64,000 nt of DNA from Sedimentisphaerales bacterium (GTDB lineage Bacteria; Planctomycetota; Phycisphaerae; Sedimentisphaerales; Anaerobacaceae): assembly GCA_963708075.1 (NCBI GenBank), contig OY970194.1, forward strand, positions 3,616,001 to 3,680,000, written 5' to 3'. Under the pieces are notes generated by a model. That model made no database searches. It was given only the letters and a program-made list of their open reading frames with translations, and had not been told where the DNA came from. A program made the position numbers and the translations under genes. Shown here one piece after another: positions 20,465 through 29,755 of the stretch (position 1 is the stretch's first letter; each line of letters opens with the position of its first letter).

Positions 20465-20857
20465 ATGGGCCAGAGCTCGATTCTCATTATCGATGACGAT
20501 CCGGATATCACGGAAGCTATGACGGTGATTCTGACGAACAGGGGCTACGACGTCCGCAGCGCGGAGGACGGTTCCAAGGGCATGGAGCGGCTGAAGGAAG
20601 CCCAACCTGACCTGATCATCCTCGACGTGATGATGAGAACCTCGCAGGAGGGGTTTGAGCTGTCGAGGGAGCTCAAGCACAACAAGAAGTACAAGGACAT
20701 CCCCATCCTCATGCTCACGGGCGTCAAGCAAAAGACGGGGCTGGATTTCAAGACCACCGCCGGCGACGAATCCTGGCTGCCCGTGGACGAGTACCTCGAC
20801 AAGCCGGTCAAGCCGGACGTGCTTCTGGCCAAAGTCGAAGACCTCCTCGGCAAGTAG
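20465..20857 (+). CDS. single-domain response regulator
   Basis: IIDDD, PDLIILDVMM, ILMLT, YLDKP; RBS AAGGAG. Confidence 0.95.
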   Translation: MGQSSILIIDDDPDITEAMTVILTNRGYDVRSAEDGSKGMERLKEAQPDLIILDVMMRTSQEGFELSRELKHNKKYKDIPILMLTGVKQKTGLDFKTTAGDESWLPVDEYLDKPVKPDVLLAKVEDLLGK

Positions 20858-20870
20858 CGCCGGAATCAAC

Positions 20871-20997
20871 GATTTACAGTTTACCACTTTACGGATGTCA
20901 TCGCAGGCTGAAGCTGACAGCCTATGACGGTATTTGTATGTTGGTTTGCAGTTGTTACGCAGCCAAATCGTAAATCGTAAATTGTAAATAGTAAATC
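20871..20997. repeat. inverted 7-mer periodic arms (GATTTAC / GTAAATC)
   Basis: GATTTAC AGTTTAC CACTTTAC ... AAATCGT AAATCGT AAATTGT AAATAGT AAATC; same family at 47632-47745. Confidence 0.75.
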
Positions 20998-21001
20998 CCA
21001 T

Positions 21002-22375
21002 ATGGAAAACCTTCTGAAAAGTCCCAGTTTGATCCAGAGGGCGTATTGGCTCATTCGATTGCGGTGGGTGGCGATTGCAGTTCTAGCTATTGCCACGTTT
21101 ATCTCTCACGAGCTGATGGATGTATCCCTCGCCGCCCCGGCGCTGTATGCTCTTGCCGCCACATTGGTTGTCTACAACTTCATTCTCCTCAGCCTGTTGC
21201 GGTACTGGACGCGGCGAGATGAACAGGGGCCCGGGAACGGCACCACTGCGCCCGCCGCCCACTCAGCGGTCGAGGGAATCATCACGTTTCAGATCTCCGC
21301 GGATTTGCTGATCCTCGCCACCATCCTGCACTTTTCCGGCGGCATCGAGAATCCGTTCTCCTTCTTCTTCGTCTTTCACATGATCATCGCCAGCATCCTG
21401 CGGTCCAAGCGGCAGAGCTATCTGCAGGCGACGTTGGCAGGCCTCCTGTTCGGGGGGCTGGTCCTTCTCGAAGGCGCCGGAATCCTCAGGCATCACGGCC
21501 TGGTGGGTTTTGCCGGGCACGATCTCTACCGGAGCGGCACGTTTATCTTTGGCTTTCTCTTTACCTTCGTCGTCACGCTGTACCTCGTCGTTTACATGAC
21601 TACCTCCATCAGCGAGCAGCTCCGCCTCCAGCAGGAGGGCCTGGAGAAGGCCAACGCGCAACTCGAGGAGAAAGACCAGGTCAAAAACGAATACGTGCTT
21701 CGCGTGACGCATGACATCAAGGGGCATCTGGCCGCCGTGCAAAGCTGCCTGGATACCGTTATCAGTGGGATGGTCGGGCCGCTCAACGAAAAGCAGAAGG
21801 ACATGGTCGGCAGGGCCCACCGGCGAACGACCAAGTGCATGGAATTCATCACCGCCCTGCTGAAATTGACCCGAATGAAGCTGACGGGACAACTTGACAG
21901 GGAGCGATTCTCGCTGCGCAAGACCCTCCTCAGTGCCCTGGCCCTCGTCCAAAACAGGGCCCAGAGCAAGTCCATCGTCCTGAATCATCACATCGATCCG
22001 GCGATTGACATGATCGATGGGGAAGCTGTCCTCATCGAAGAGACGATCACGAACATCCTTCTCAATGCCGTCAAATACACTCCTGCCGGTGGACGGGTGG
22101 GAATTGAGGCGAAGCAGGATGGCGCGTTCGTCCAGATGAAAATCACCGATACGGGCATCGGCATCCCTCCGGCCGACCTGACGCGAATCTTCGAGGAGTT
22201 CTACCGGGCCGACAACGCACGTGCGGCCGAGCGGGACGGAACGGGCTTGGGACTGGCCTTTGCCAAGCAGGTGGTCGAGCGCCACGGCGGCCGAATCTGG
22301 GCCGAGAACAACCCCACCGGCGGCAGCACCTTCACCTTCACGCTGCCGAGCCACCCCAGCGAGCCCAATTCGTAG
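21002..22375 (+). CDS. membrane-bound sensor histidine kinase
   Basis: Several TM helices; H-box THDIKGHL, N-box NILLNAVKYT, DTGIGI, GTGLGL. Confidence 0.95.
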   Translation: MENLLKSPSLIQRAYWLIRLRWVAIAVLAIATFISHELMDVSLAAPALYALAATLVVYNFILLSLLRYWTRRDEQGPGNGTTAPAAHSAVEGIITFQISADLLILATILHFSGGIENPFSFFFVFHMIIASILRSKRQSYLQATLAGLLFGGLVLLEGAGILRHHGLVGFAGHDLYRSGTFIFGFLFTFVVTLYLVVYMTTSISEQLRLQQEGLEKANAQLEEKDQVKNEYVLRVTHDIKGHLAAVQSCLDTVISGMVGPLNEKQKDMVGRAHRRTTKCMEFITALLKLTRMKLTGQLDRERFSLRKTLLSALALVQNRAQSKSIVLNHHIDPAIDMIDGEAVLIEETITNILLNAVKYTPAGGRVGIEAKQDGAFVQMKITDTGIGIPPADLTRIFEEFYRADNARAAERDGTGLGLAFAKQVVERHGGRIWAENNPTGGSTFTFTLPSHPSEPNS

Positions 22376-22554
22376 CCCCTTTGGTCACACAGCAATTTCC
22401 GCCAGAGTGACACCTTTTCCTCTTGACTTTCAGGACAGAAGGCGGATAAAATTCGTGTGCTGTGGGTTACCAGGGAACACGTACGGCTCCGGCCTCGCCG
22501 GGCCGATCAGACCGTGCGTACTCAATCTACCTCAACCTGTGAAGGAGAAGGAGA

Positions 22555-25125
22555 ATGAAGAAGCACGCATTCCTCGCGGTGAGTTCAATTCTGTTGGTTT
22601 CTGTTTGTCTCTGGGCTGGACAATTCGCACGGGATGCGTGGTCGGCGCCGAGCGACGGGGCGGGCCCCGACGACACGGCGGCGGAGTATGCCCTGACGGC
22701 CGGCGGCGATGAGCCGGCCCGAGGCACGATTCTCTTCGAGTACTATTGGGGCGCTGACGGCACCATAAGCTCACTGGAAAGCCTGCCCACCTTCCCGAAC
22801 TACCCGGACGACCGGGAGTGGCGGACCAGTTTGGAGGGTCCGACGGACTGGAGAGACCACTATGTCACCTACGTGCGCGGGTACCTCTATCCCCCCGCGA
22901 CGGGCAATTACACCTTCTGGATTGCCAGCGACGACCAGAGCCAACTGTGGCTGAGCACGGATGAAACCCCTGGTCATGCCGTGCAGATTGCCAGCGTGCT
23001 GGTTTGGACACCTGCCCGAGATTTCGACAATACCGGGGGCGGGGCCGGCGGTCCTCAACAGAAGTCCGCCCCCATCCGGCTGACGGCCGGCAAGAGGTAC
23101 TACATTGAAGCCTTGCAGGCCGAAGGTATTGGTGGCGACAACCTAGCCGTGGCTTGGCAAGGGCCCGGCATTCCCAACCGAACCATCATCGCAGGCAAGT
23201 ATTTGTCCCCTCTCATTGGGCCGCAAGACGTGACGGATCCGAATCTCCTCGGTTGGTGGAAGCTGGATGAGACCTCCGGGATGACTGCGGCCGATGCATC
23301 CGGCAACGGGCACGATGGCGCGATCCAGGGGACGCCGACCCGGGTGGATGGCCCGCCCGGATTCGGCAAGGCTCTGCACTACAATGGCCAGAACCCGGCG
23401 TCCGGGTGGGTCAACTGTGGTACGTGGAACCCCTCCGCTGCCACAGGCCAGTTGACCGTGACCTTCTGGGCCAAATGGGCGGGCCCTGTAGGACCGAACA
23501 ACTGGCAGGGCGTGGTCGGCAAACGCAATGACTGGGACTCGACCGGCGCCAATCAGATGTGGGAGTTCGAGATCGACGCCACCAACAACCAGATTCGTTT
23601 CTTCCGCGGTGACAGCTATCCGAATTGCGGCGGGCGCATTCTGCCCATCGGCGAATGGACGCATGTAGCCGCGACGTTCGACGGCGCGACGCTGGTTTTC
23701 TACATCGACGGCCAGGAGACCGGCCGGGGTGCTTTCTCCTTCGGACCTACGACCGATGCCATGATCACCATCGGTTGCGACGACTCGTTCGGCTGGAACA
23801 GCTTCAATGGGGCACTGGATGATGTGCGGATCTACGACCGGGCCCTGTTGCCGGGCGAGATCCGGTGGCTGACGGGTTTGTTCCAAGGGGAATACTTCGC
23901 CAACATGACCCTCTCGGGCAGTCCGGCCCTGACTCGTCTCGATCGAGAAATCAACTTCAACTGGGGCACCGGCGAGGTCTTCCCGGGCACTTCCGACTGG
24001 TGTTCGGTCCGATGGACCGGCGAAGTGGAGCCGGCATTCACGGAGCCGTACACGTTCTATGTGAACGCGGACGATGGTGCCCGGCTGTGGCTGGATGACG
24101 ACCTGATCATCGATGCCTGGCAAGACCAGGCGGCTACCGAGTATGCGAGCCAGCCGATCCCGCTTGTCGCCGGACAGAGGTATCATATCCGATTGGAATG
24201 GTATGAGAATGGCGCCGAGGCGGTCTGCGAGCTGCGCTGGTCGAGCCCGTCCACGCCCAAGCAGGTGATCCCATCAGGCCGGCTGCACCCGCCGGAGCCA
24301 GGCTCAGGTGGTGGCACAAGTAGTGGAAGTGCAAGCATGACCTTGAAGCCCACCAGCGGACCAGTGGGTACTGTGATAGCGATTACCGGTAGCGGCTTTG
24401 CGGCCAACACGTCCGGCAACGTGATCTCCCCGTGGGTCTCCAAGTTACTGACGACGACCCCGGACGGCGCCTTCTCGACAACAGTAACCGTGCCCGAGAA
24501 GACGCCGGGAGGCGATTACCCCTTTGCAGCGGATTTCCCGCTCGGCGGGATCGAGGAAGCTTTGGCCACCTTCACCGTGACTGGGAGCATCACCCTGAAT
24601 CCCGCCAGTGGACACGTGGGCGACGCGATAACGATCACGGGCACTGGGTTTGCGGGAAGTGCTTCCGGCAACGTGATCTTCGCGGGTGTAAGCCAGCCCG
24701 TAACGACGGCCCCGGACGGCACGTTCTCAACGACCATGACAGTACCGACAGTGCCGGCGGGGAACCACTCAGTGCAGGCCGATATCCCGTCCGGCACACC
24801 TCCAGAGGCTTCCGCCGTCTTCGAAGTTGTCCCAAAGATAACCTTGACGCCAAGGACCGCACGCGTGGGTCAAAAGGTTACGATCACTGGGACCGGTTTC
24901 CAGGAACGGATTGGCGGGAGCGTGTTCTGTGATGTGAACGGCAACGGGCGATACGACTCCGGAGAGCCAAGCATTAGTGTGACGACGACACTTTATGGTA
25001 TGTTCACAGGGTACTGGAATGTGCCTGCGGGAACGCCGCCTGGACTCTATGACATCCTCGCTGATTGCCCCATCGGATCACCCATAGAAGATTCGGAGAC
25101 TCTCGTAGTTGTTGCTGGCCCGTGA
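22555..25125 (+). CDS. secreted PA14-LamG-PA14-Ig-like multidomain protein (copy A)
   Basis: Signal peptide; PA14 (GNYTFWIASDD), LamG (WTHVAATFDG..LDDVRIYDRAL), second PA14 (ADDGARLW), IPT-like ITGSGF repeats. Confidence 0.9.
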   Translation: MKKHAFLAVSSILLVSVCLWAGQFARDAWSAPSDGAGPDDTAAEYALTAGGDEPARGTILFEYYWGADGTISSLESLPTFPNYPDDREWRTSLEGPTDWRDHYVTYVRGYLYPPATGNYTFWIASDDQSQLWLSTDETPGHAVQIASVLVWTPARDFDNTGGGAGGPQQKSAPIRLTAGKRYYIEALQAEGIGGDNLAVAWQGPGIPNRTIIAGKYLSPLIGPQDVTDPNLLGWWKLDETSGMTAADASGNGHDGAIQGTPTRVDGPPGFGKALHYNGQNPASGWVNCGTWNPSAATGQLTVTFWAKWAGPVGPNNWQGVVGKRNDWDSTGANQMWEFEIDATNNQIRFFRGDSYPNCGGRILPIGEWTHVAATFDGATLVFYIDGQETGRGAFSFGPTTDAMITIGCDDSFGWNSFNGALDDVRIYDRALLPGEIRWLTGLFQGEYFANMTLSGSPALTRLDREINFNWGTGEVFPGTSDWCSVRWTGEVEPAFTEPYTFYVNADDGARLWLDDDLIIDAWQDQAATEYASQPIPLVAGQRYHIRLEWYENGAEAVCELRWSSPSTPKQVIPSGRLHPPEPGSGGGTSSGSASMTLKPTSGPVGTVIAITGSGFAANTSGNVISPWVSKLLTTTPDGAFSTTVTVPEKTPGGDYPFAADFPLGGIEEALATFTVTGSITLNPASGHVGDAITITGTGFAGSASGNVIFAGVSQPVTTAPDGTFSTTMTVPTVPAGNHSVQADIPSGTPPEASAVFEVVPKITLTPRTARVGQKVTITGTGFQERIGGSVFCDVNGNGRYDSGEPSISVTTTLYGMFTGYWNVPAGTPPGLYDILADCPIGSPIEDSETLVVVAGP

Positions 25126-25139
25126 TGTGGAGGATGGCA

Positions 25140-27740
25140 ATGAAAAGACATGCATTTCTCGCAGTGAGTTCAATTCTGTTGGTCTCTGTTGGTCTTTGGG
25201 CTGGACAGTTCGCACAGGATGCGTGGCCGGCGCCGAGCGACGGGGCGGGCCCCGACGACACGGCGGCGGAGTATGCCCTGACGGCCGGCGGCGATGAGCC
25301 GGCCCGAGGCACGATTCTCTTCGAGTACTATTGGGGCGCTGACGGCACCATAAGCTCACTGGAAAGCCTGCCCACCTTCCCGAACTACCCGGACGACAGG
25401 GAGTGGCGTGCCAGTTTGGAAGGGCCGACGGACTGGAGAGACCACTACGGCACCTACGTGCGCGGGTACCTCTATCCCCCCGCGACGGGCAATTACACCT
25501 TCTGGATTGCCAGCGACGACCAGAGTCAGCTATGGCTGAGCACGGATGAAACCCCTGGTCATGCCGTGCAGATTGCCAGTGTGCCGGCGTGGACTCCGCC
25601 CCGTGATTTCGACAATACCGGGGGCGGGCTCGGCGGTCCTCAACAGAAGTCCAGTCCCATCCCCTTGACGGCCGGCAGGAGGTATTACATCGAGGTCCTG
25701 CACGCCGAAGGGATTGGTGGCGACAACTTGGCCGTGGCGTGGCAAGGGCCGCGCATTCGCGACCGAAGCATCATCACCAGCGAATACTTGTCCCCCATCA
25801 CTGGGCCACAAGACGTGATCGATCCGAACCTTATCGGCTGGTGGAAGATGGAAGAGGGTTCGGGCACCGCAGTACAAGATTCTTCCGGTCATGACCAGCA
25901 CGGCACAATCTACAACAGCAACGCCGGCCTCGGCCCAAACGGAGCCGTTTGGGTCAGCGACCCCGAACGCGGCACTGTCCTGAGCTTCGATGGCGATGAC
26001 GCCACCGGCGCTTACGTCGATGCCGGAACCATTCCGGCCATGGACCTCGCCGGCGGCTTCACCTGGACCTTCTGGGCCAGGCAGGATGCGGCCCAATCGA
26101 CCGCAGTGCCGGGTGGGGGCAATGATGTCATGCTCGGCAACCGTTTTGGCGGCACCGAGACTCCCCTGCAGTTCGTCAAGTTCACCCCCACGAAGTTCGA
26201 GTACTTCAACGACTTCGACTTAATGGCGATTGACTACCAGGACCTCCCGGGCAGGCAGTGGGTCCATCATGCCGTGGTCAAGAAAGGGGCGACGCTCACG
26301 TACTATCGCGACGGGGTCGAGGCCGGGACCAGAACCCTGACCAAGACGATGGATGAGAACCCGTTCTTCATGGGTGGTGACGCCGGCGGGGAACGCTGGC
26401 GAGGCTCACTTAGCGATGTCCGCATTTACGACCGTGGCCTCTCAGCCACCGAGATCCGGGCGTTGATTCACGGCGTGCGAGGCGAGTACTTCACCAATAT
26501 GACCCTCTCCGGCAGCCCGGCCCTGATCCCTATCGATCCTCAAATCTACTTCAACTGGCCCGGCGAGGTCTTCCCGGGCACTTCCGACCAGTGTTCCGTC
26601 CGATGGACCGGTGAGGTGGAGCCGGCATTCACGGAACCGTATACGTTCTATGTGAACACGGACGATGGCGCCCGCTTGTGGTTGAACGGCAACCTGATCA
26701 TCGATGCGTGGTGGGACCAGGGTGCCACCGAGCACGCCGGCCAGCCGATCCAGCTTGTCGCCGGACAGAAGTATCCCCTTCGGCTGGAATGGTATGACAA
26801 CACGCTCAGCGGGACCTGCGAGCTGCGATGGTCGAGTCCCTCCACGCCGAAGCAGGTGATTCCCTCCGCCCGGCTGCACCCGCCGGAGCCAAGTACAAGT
26901 GGTGGCACAAGTAGTGGCAGCTCAAGCATAACCTTGAAGCCGACCAGTGGACCAGTGGGTACTGTGATAGCGATTACCGGTAGCGGCTTTGCGGCCAACA
27001 CGTCCGGCAATGTGATCTCCCCGTGGGTCTCCATGTTGCTGACCACGACCCCGGACGGCACCTTCTCGACAACAGTGACCGTGCCCGAGAACACGCCGGG
27101 AGGCGATTGCCCCTTCGCGGCGGATTTCTCTCTCGGCGGGCCGGAGGAAGCCTCGGCAACCTTCATCGTGACCGGGAGCATCACCGTGAGCCCCACCAGC
27201 GGACCTGACTATACGTGGATAACCATTACCGGCAGTGGCTTTGCACGTGCCACCGGTACTGTGTTCTTTGACAACGACCGCGATGGCATCCTTGATCCGG
27301 GTGAGCCAAGCCAGTCCATGATGGCGGGGACCGACGGGACCTTCTCCGGGGTAACCCTGCCTGTGCCCGATGTGGCGGGGGGCACCTACCCGGTCGAGGC
27401 GGACATCCCGTCCGGCGGGTCTGTAGAGGCTGAGGCAACCTTCACCATGACGACACGTATGTGGTTGGGCCTCAGCGAGGGACACGCGGGCTCTAAGATG
27501 TTGACTGCAGGATCCGGCTTCGCGGCAAACACGTCCGGGATCGCGTTCATTGATTTGAACCACAACGGGCGACATGACCCCCTCGAGCCAAGCGAGTCTC
27601 TGACGACGGAGTCGAACGGCAGTATCTGGACGTTCCTGACGGTGCCCCCAAAAACGACGCCAGGACAGTATGATTTCATGGTGGATTGCCCCATCGGCTT
27701 ACCCATAGAAGAGTCGGCGACTTTCACGGTTCTGCCGTGA
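25140..27740 (+). CDS. secreted PA14-LamG-PA14-Ig-like multidomain protein (copy B)
   Basis: Same architecture as copy A; near-identical N-terminus; RBS GGAGG before ATG 25140. Confidence 0.9.
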   Translation: MKRHAFLAVSSILLVSVGLWAGQFAQDAWPAPSDGAGPDDTAAEYALTAGGDEPARGTILFEYYWGADGTISSLESLPTFPNYPDDREWRASLEGPTDWRDHYGTYVRGYLYPPATGNYTFWIASDDQSQLWLSTDETPGHAVQIASVPAWTPPRDFDNTGGGLGGPQQKSSPIPLTAGRRYYIEVLHAEGIGGDNLAVAWQGPRIRDRSIITSEYLSPITGPQDVIDPNLIGWWKMEEGSGTAVQDSSGHDQHGTIYNSNAGLGPNGAVWVSDPERGTVLSFDGDDATGAYVDAGTIPAMDLAGGFTWTFWARQDAAQSTAVPGGGNDVMLGNRFGGTETPLQFVKFTPTKFEYFNDFDLMAIDYQDLPGRQWVHHAVVKKGATLTYYRDGVEAGTRTLTKTMDENPFFMGGDAGGERWRGSLSDVRIYDRGLSATEIRALIHGVRGEYFTNMTLSGSPALIPIDPQIYFNWPGEVFPGTSDQCSVRWTGEVEPAFTEPYTFYVNTDDGARLWLNGNLIIDAWWDQGATEHAGQPIQLVAGQKYPLRLEWYDNTLSGTCELRWSSPSTPKQVIPSARLHPPEPSTSGGTSSGSSSITLKPTSGPVGTVIAITGSGFAANTSGNVISPWVSMLLTTTPDGTFSTTVTVPENTPGGDCPFAADFSLGGPEEASATFIVTGSITVSPTSGPDYTWITITGSGFARATGTVFFDNDRDGILDPGEPSQSMMAGTDGTFSGVTLPVPDVAGGTYPVEADIPSGGSVEAEATFTMTTRMWLGLSEGHAGSKMLTAGSGFAANTSGIAFIDLNHNGRHDPLEPSESLTTESNGSIWTFLTVPPKTTPGQYDFMVDCPIGLPIEESATFTVLP

Positions 27741-27920
27741 TCCGGTGGGCGGGTCAACAGAGGCGTCAGCAACCTTTACGATACCCTGATGGCAAGCCAG
27801 ACAGTTGAAAAGACCAGGTGGAACTTCGCCGGCGACAGTGGCGGCCCTGTAGCAGGCAGGCGGACCGGGCGGTATAGTACGGGGCGTGATCAGGTTCTCG
27901 TTCTATCCGTGTGACGGGCC

Positions 27921-28445
27921 ATGAGTCTTGCACAACTGCTGCTGAAAGCGTACTACGAGCGTCTGTATGAGCGGCTGGCGGGCAATCGAGCCGGCCTGCT
28001 TGTACGGATGGACGAGCTGCTGGCGGCGGAGGTGGCAAGGCAGGGCTTCAATGACATGAATGAGGACAAGCTCGCCGCCTATCGCGAGGCCTGCATCGCG
28101 TTCATCGACGAGCGATTGGAGAGCTATAACCCGATCGGGATTCAATACACCTTTGACCGATCCACGTCCCGCACAGCGGCCGAGTTGGAGTTTCAGCTCA
28201 ACTGGTACAACAGCCGGCCCGAATTCACGGAGCTTGTGGCGACAGCCCGATCCCTCGCCGCCGAGGTCGCGTCGGACAACCTGTTGCCGGAAGCAGTCGA
28301 AGAGTTGATCCGCCGGGCCGGCGCCTTTCCCGACCGAAGCATCATCGAAGCCTACCACGCGGCACCCGCCCTCCAGAAGCTGCCTGACTACATCGTGGCC
28401 TGCGCTATCGAAGAAATCGTCTGCGGCCGCAAATCTGCGCAGTGA
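27921..28445 (+). CDS. hypothetical protein
   Basis: 174 aa with host-like codon usage; no recognised domain. Confidence 0.7.
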   Translation: MSLAQLLLKAYYERLYERLAGNRAGLLVRMDELLAAEVARQGFNDMNEDKLAAYREACIAFIDERLESYNPIGIQYTFDRSTSRTAAELEFQLNWYNSRPEFTELVATARSLAAEVASDNLLPEAVEELIRRAGAFPDRSIIEAYHAAPALQKLPDYIVACAIEEIVCGRKSAQ

Positions 28446-28494
28446 CCGCTCTGATTGACACATCGCACGTGTATGTGAAAACAACTTGGCGGCC

Positions 28495-28587
28495 GGGTGG
28501 CAGCGGCAAGCGATAGCTTGCCGACGGCTCCTCCGATGCATAGCACCATCGGCAAGCTTCGCTGCTCTTCGCTTGCCGCTGCCACCC
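28495..28587. repeat. GGGTGGCAGC..GCTGCCACCC palindromic element (divergent copy)
   Basis: Terminal inverted arms shared with the copies at 29630, 52109 and 63456. Confidence 0.8.
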
Positions 28588-28740
28588 GGCACAACGTGCA
28601 AGACTTGCACAGACACCATGGCATCCAGAACAGGATAGAATTGTGTCACCATGAGGGGTATCATAGTCGTCTGGTGGCCTCGGGATGTGTCCGGGGTTCG
28701 TGATCGGTCATGCCAGAGTCGAGTCCGGAGAAAGGAGAAC

Positions 28741-29547
28741 ATGATGAGAGGCAAATCGAGGTTGGCGAAATCCGCCGGTTACCTGCTTGCAGTTGTGCTC
28801 TTATTGGGGGTCACCGCCTACGCGGCGAAGGAGAAGTTCTCGGTCCATGACAAGGAGCGTCCGCACCCGCCGGTCGTCAAGTCAGAAGCTTATGGACAGC
28901 CTCCGTCGGACGCGATTGTGCTCTTCAATGGCAAGGACCTGTCGAAGTGGAAGAGCGACAAGGGAGGCGAGGCCAAATGGACAATCGTGGACGATGATCA
29001 TATGGTCGTCCCGCCGAAGGCCGGCGGTATCCATACCGAGCAGGCCTTTGGCAACTGTCAGTTGCACATCGAGTGGAAGACGCCGGAAGGCGTGCCCGCG
29101 AAGGTCACAGACCAGAGCCGCAGCAACAGCGGCGTGTTCTTCATGGGGCGCTACGAGGTCCAGGTGCTGGACTCCTACACCGATGACAACTACGGGACGA
29201 ACAAGACCTATGCCGACGGCCAGGCCTCTGCGATCTATGGCTCCCACCCGCCGATGGTCAACGCCTGCCGCAAACCCGGCGAATGGCAGACATATGACAT
29301 TGCCTTCGTGAAGCCGCTGTTCGACGGTAACGGCAACTGCATCCGCAAGGCGCGCATCACCGTCTTCCACAATGGCGTATGCGTGCACAACAACCTCGAG
29401 ATCGAGGGCACCACGTCGCACAAGGTGAAGGCTGCTTATAAACCGCACGGCGACGGCCCGATCGGCTTGCAGGACCACGGCAATCCCCTTGCCTTCCGCA
29501 ATATCTGGATTCGCCCGCTGCCCGAGCAGCCGTACCTGATCGAGTAG
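28741..29547 (+). CDS. DUF1080 / 3-keto-disaccharide hydrolase family protein
   Basis: Signal peptide; PPSDAIVLFNG, LHIEW, NSGVF, YEVQVLDS, GEWQTYDI, LQDHGNP..FRNIWIR. Confidence 0.92.
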   Translation: MMRGKSRLAKSAGYLLAVVLLLGVTAYAAKEKFSVHDKERPHPPVVKSEAYGQPPSDAIVLFNGKDLSKWKSDKGGEAKWTIVDDDHMVVPPKAGGIHTEQAFGNCQLHIEWKTPEGVPAKVTDQSRSNSGVFFMGRYEVQVLDSYTDDNYGTNKTYADGQASAIYGSHPPMVNACRKPGEWQTYDIAFVKPLFDGNGNCIRKARITVFHNGVCVHNNLEIEGTTSHKVKAAYKPHGDGPIGLQDHGNPLAFRNIWIRPLPEQPYLIE

Positions 29548-29629
29548 AACCGCAAACACAGGACCGCCGGCCTAACCATTTGGCAACGTCCCACATTCTT
29601 GAGATTGGGCCTGTGCAAGCTACGCAGAC

Positions 29630-29709
29630 GGGTGGCAGCGTCAAGGCCGAAGGCCTTGGCGATGGCGAATGGGCAAACCATCGCCAAGCTGCGCTTGACG
29701 ATGCCACCC
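29630..29709 (+). repeat. GGGTGGCAGCGTCAAG.. ~80-bp palindromic element
   Basis: Nearly identical to 52109-52188 and to the reverse complement of 63456-63537. Confidence 0.9.
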
Positions 29710-29755
29710 AAAACTCGAGAACTCGGCATGTTGCCAATTATTTTGGGAGACAGCA

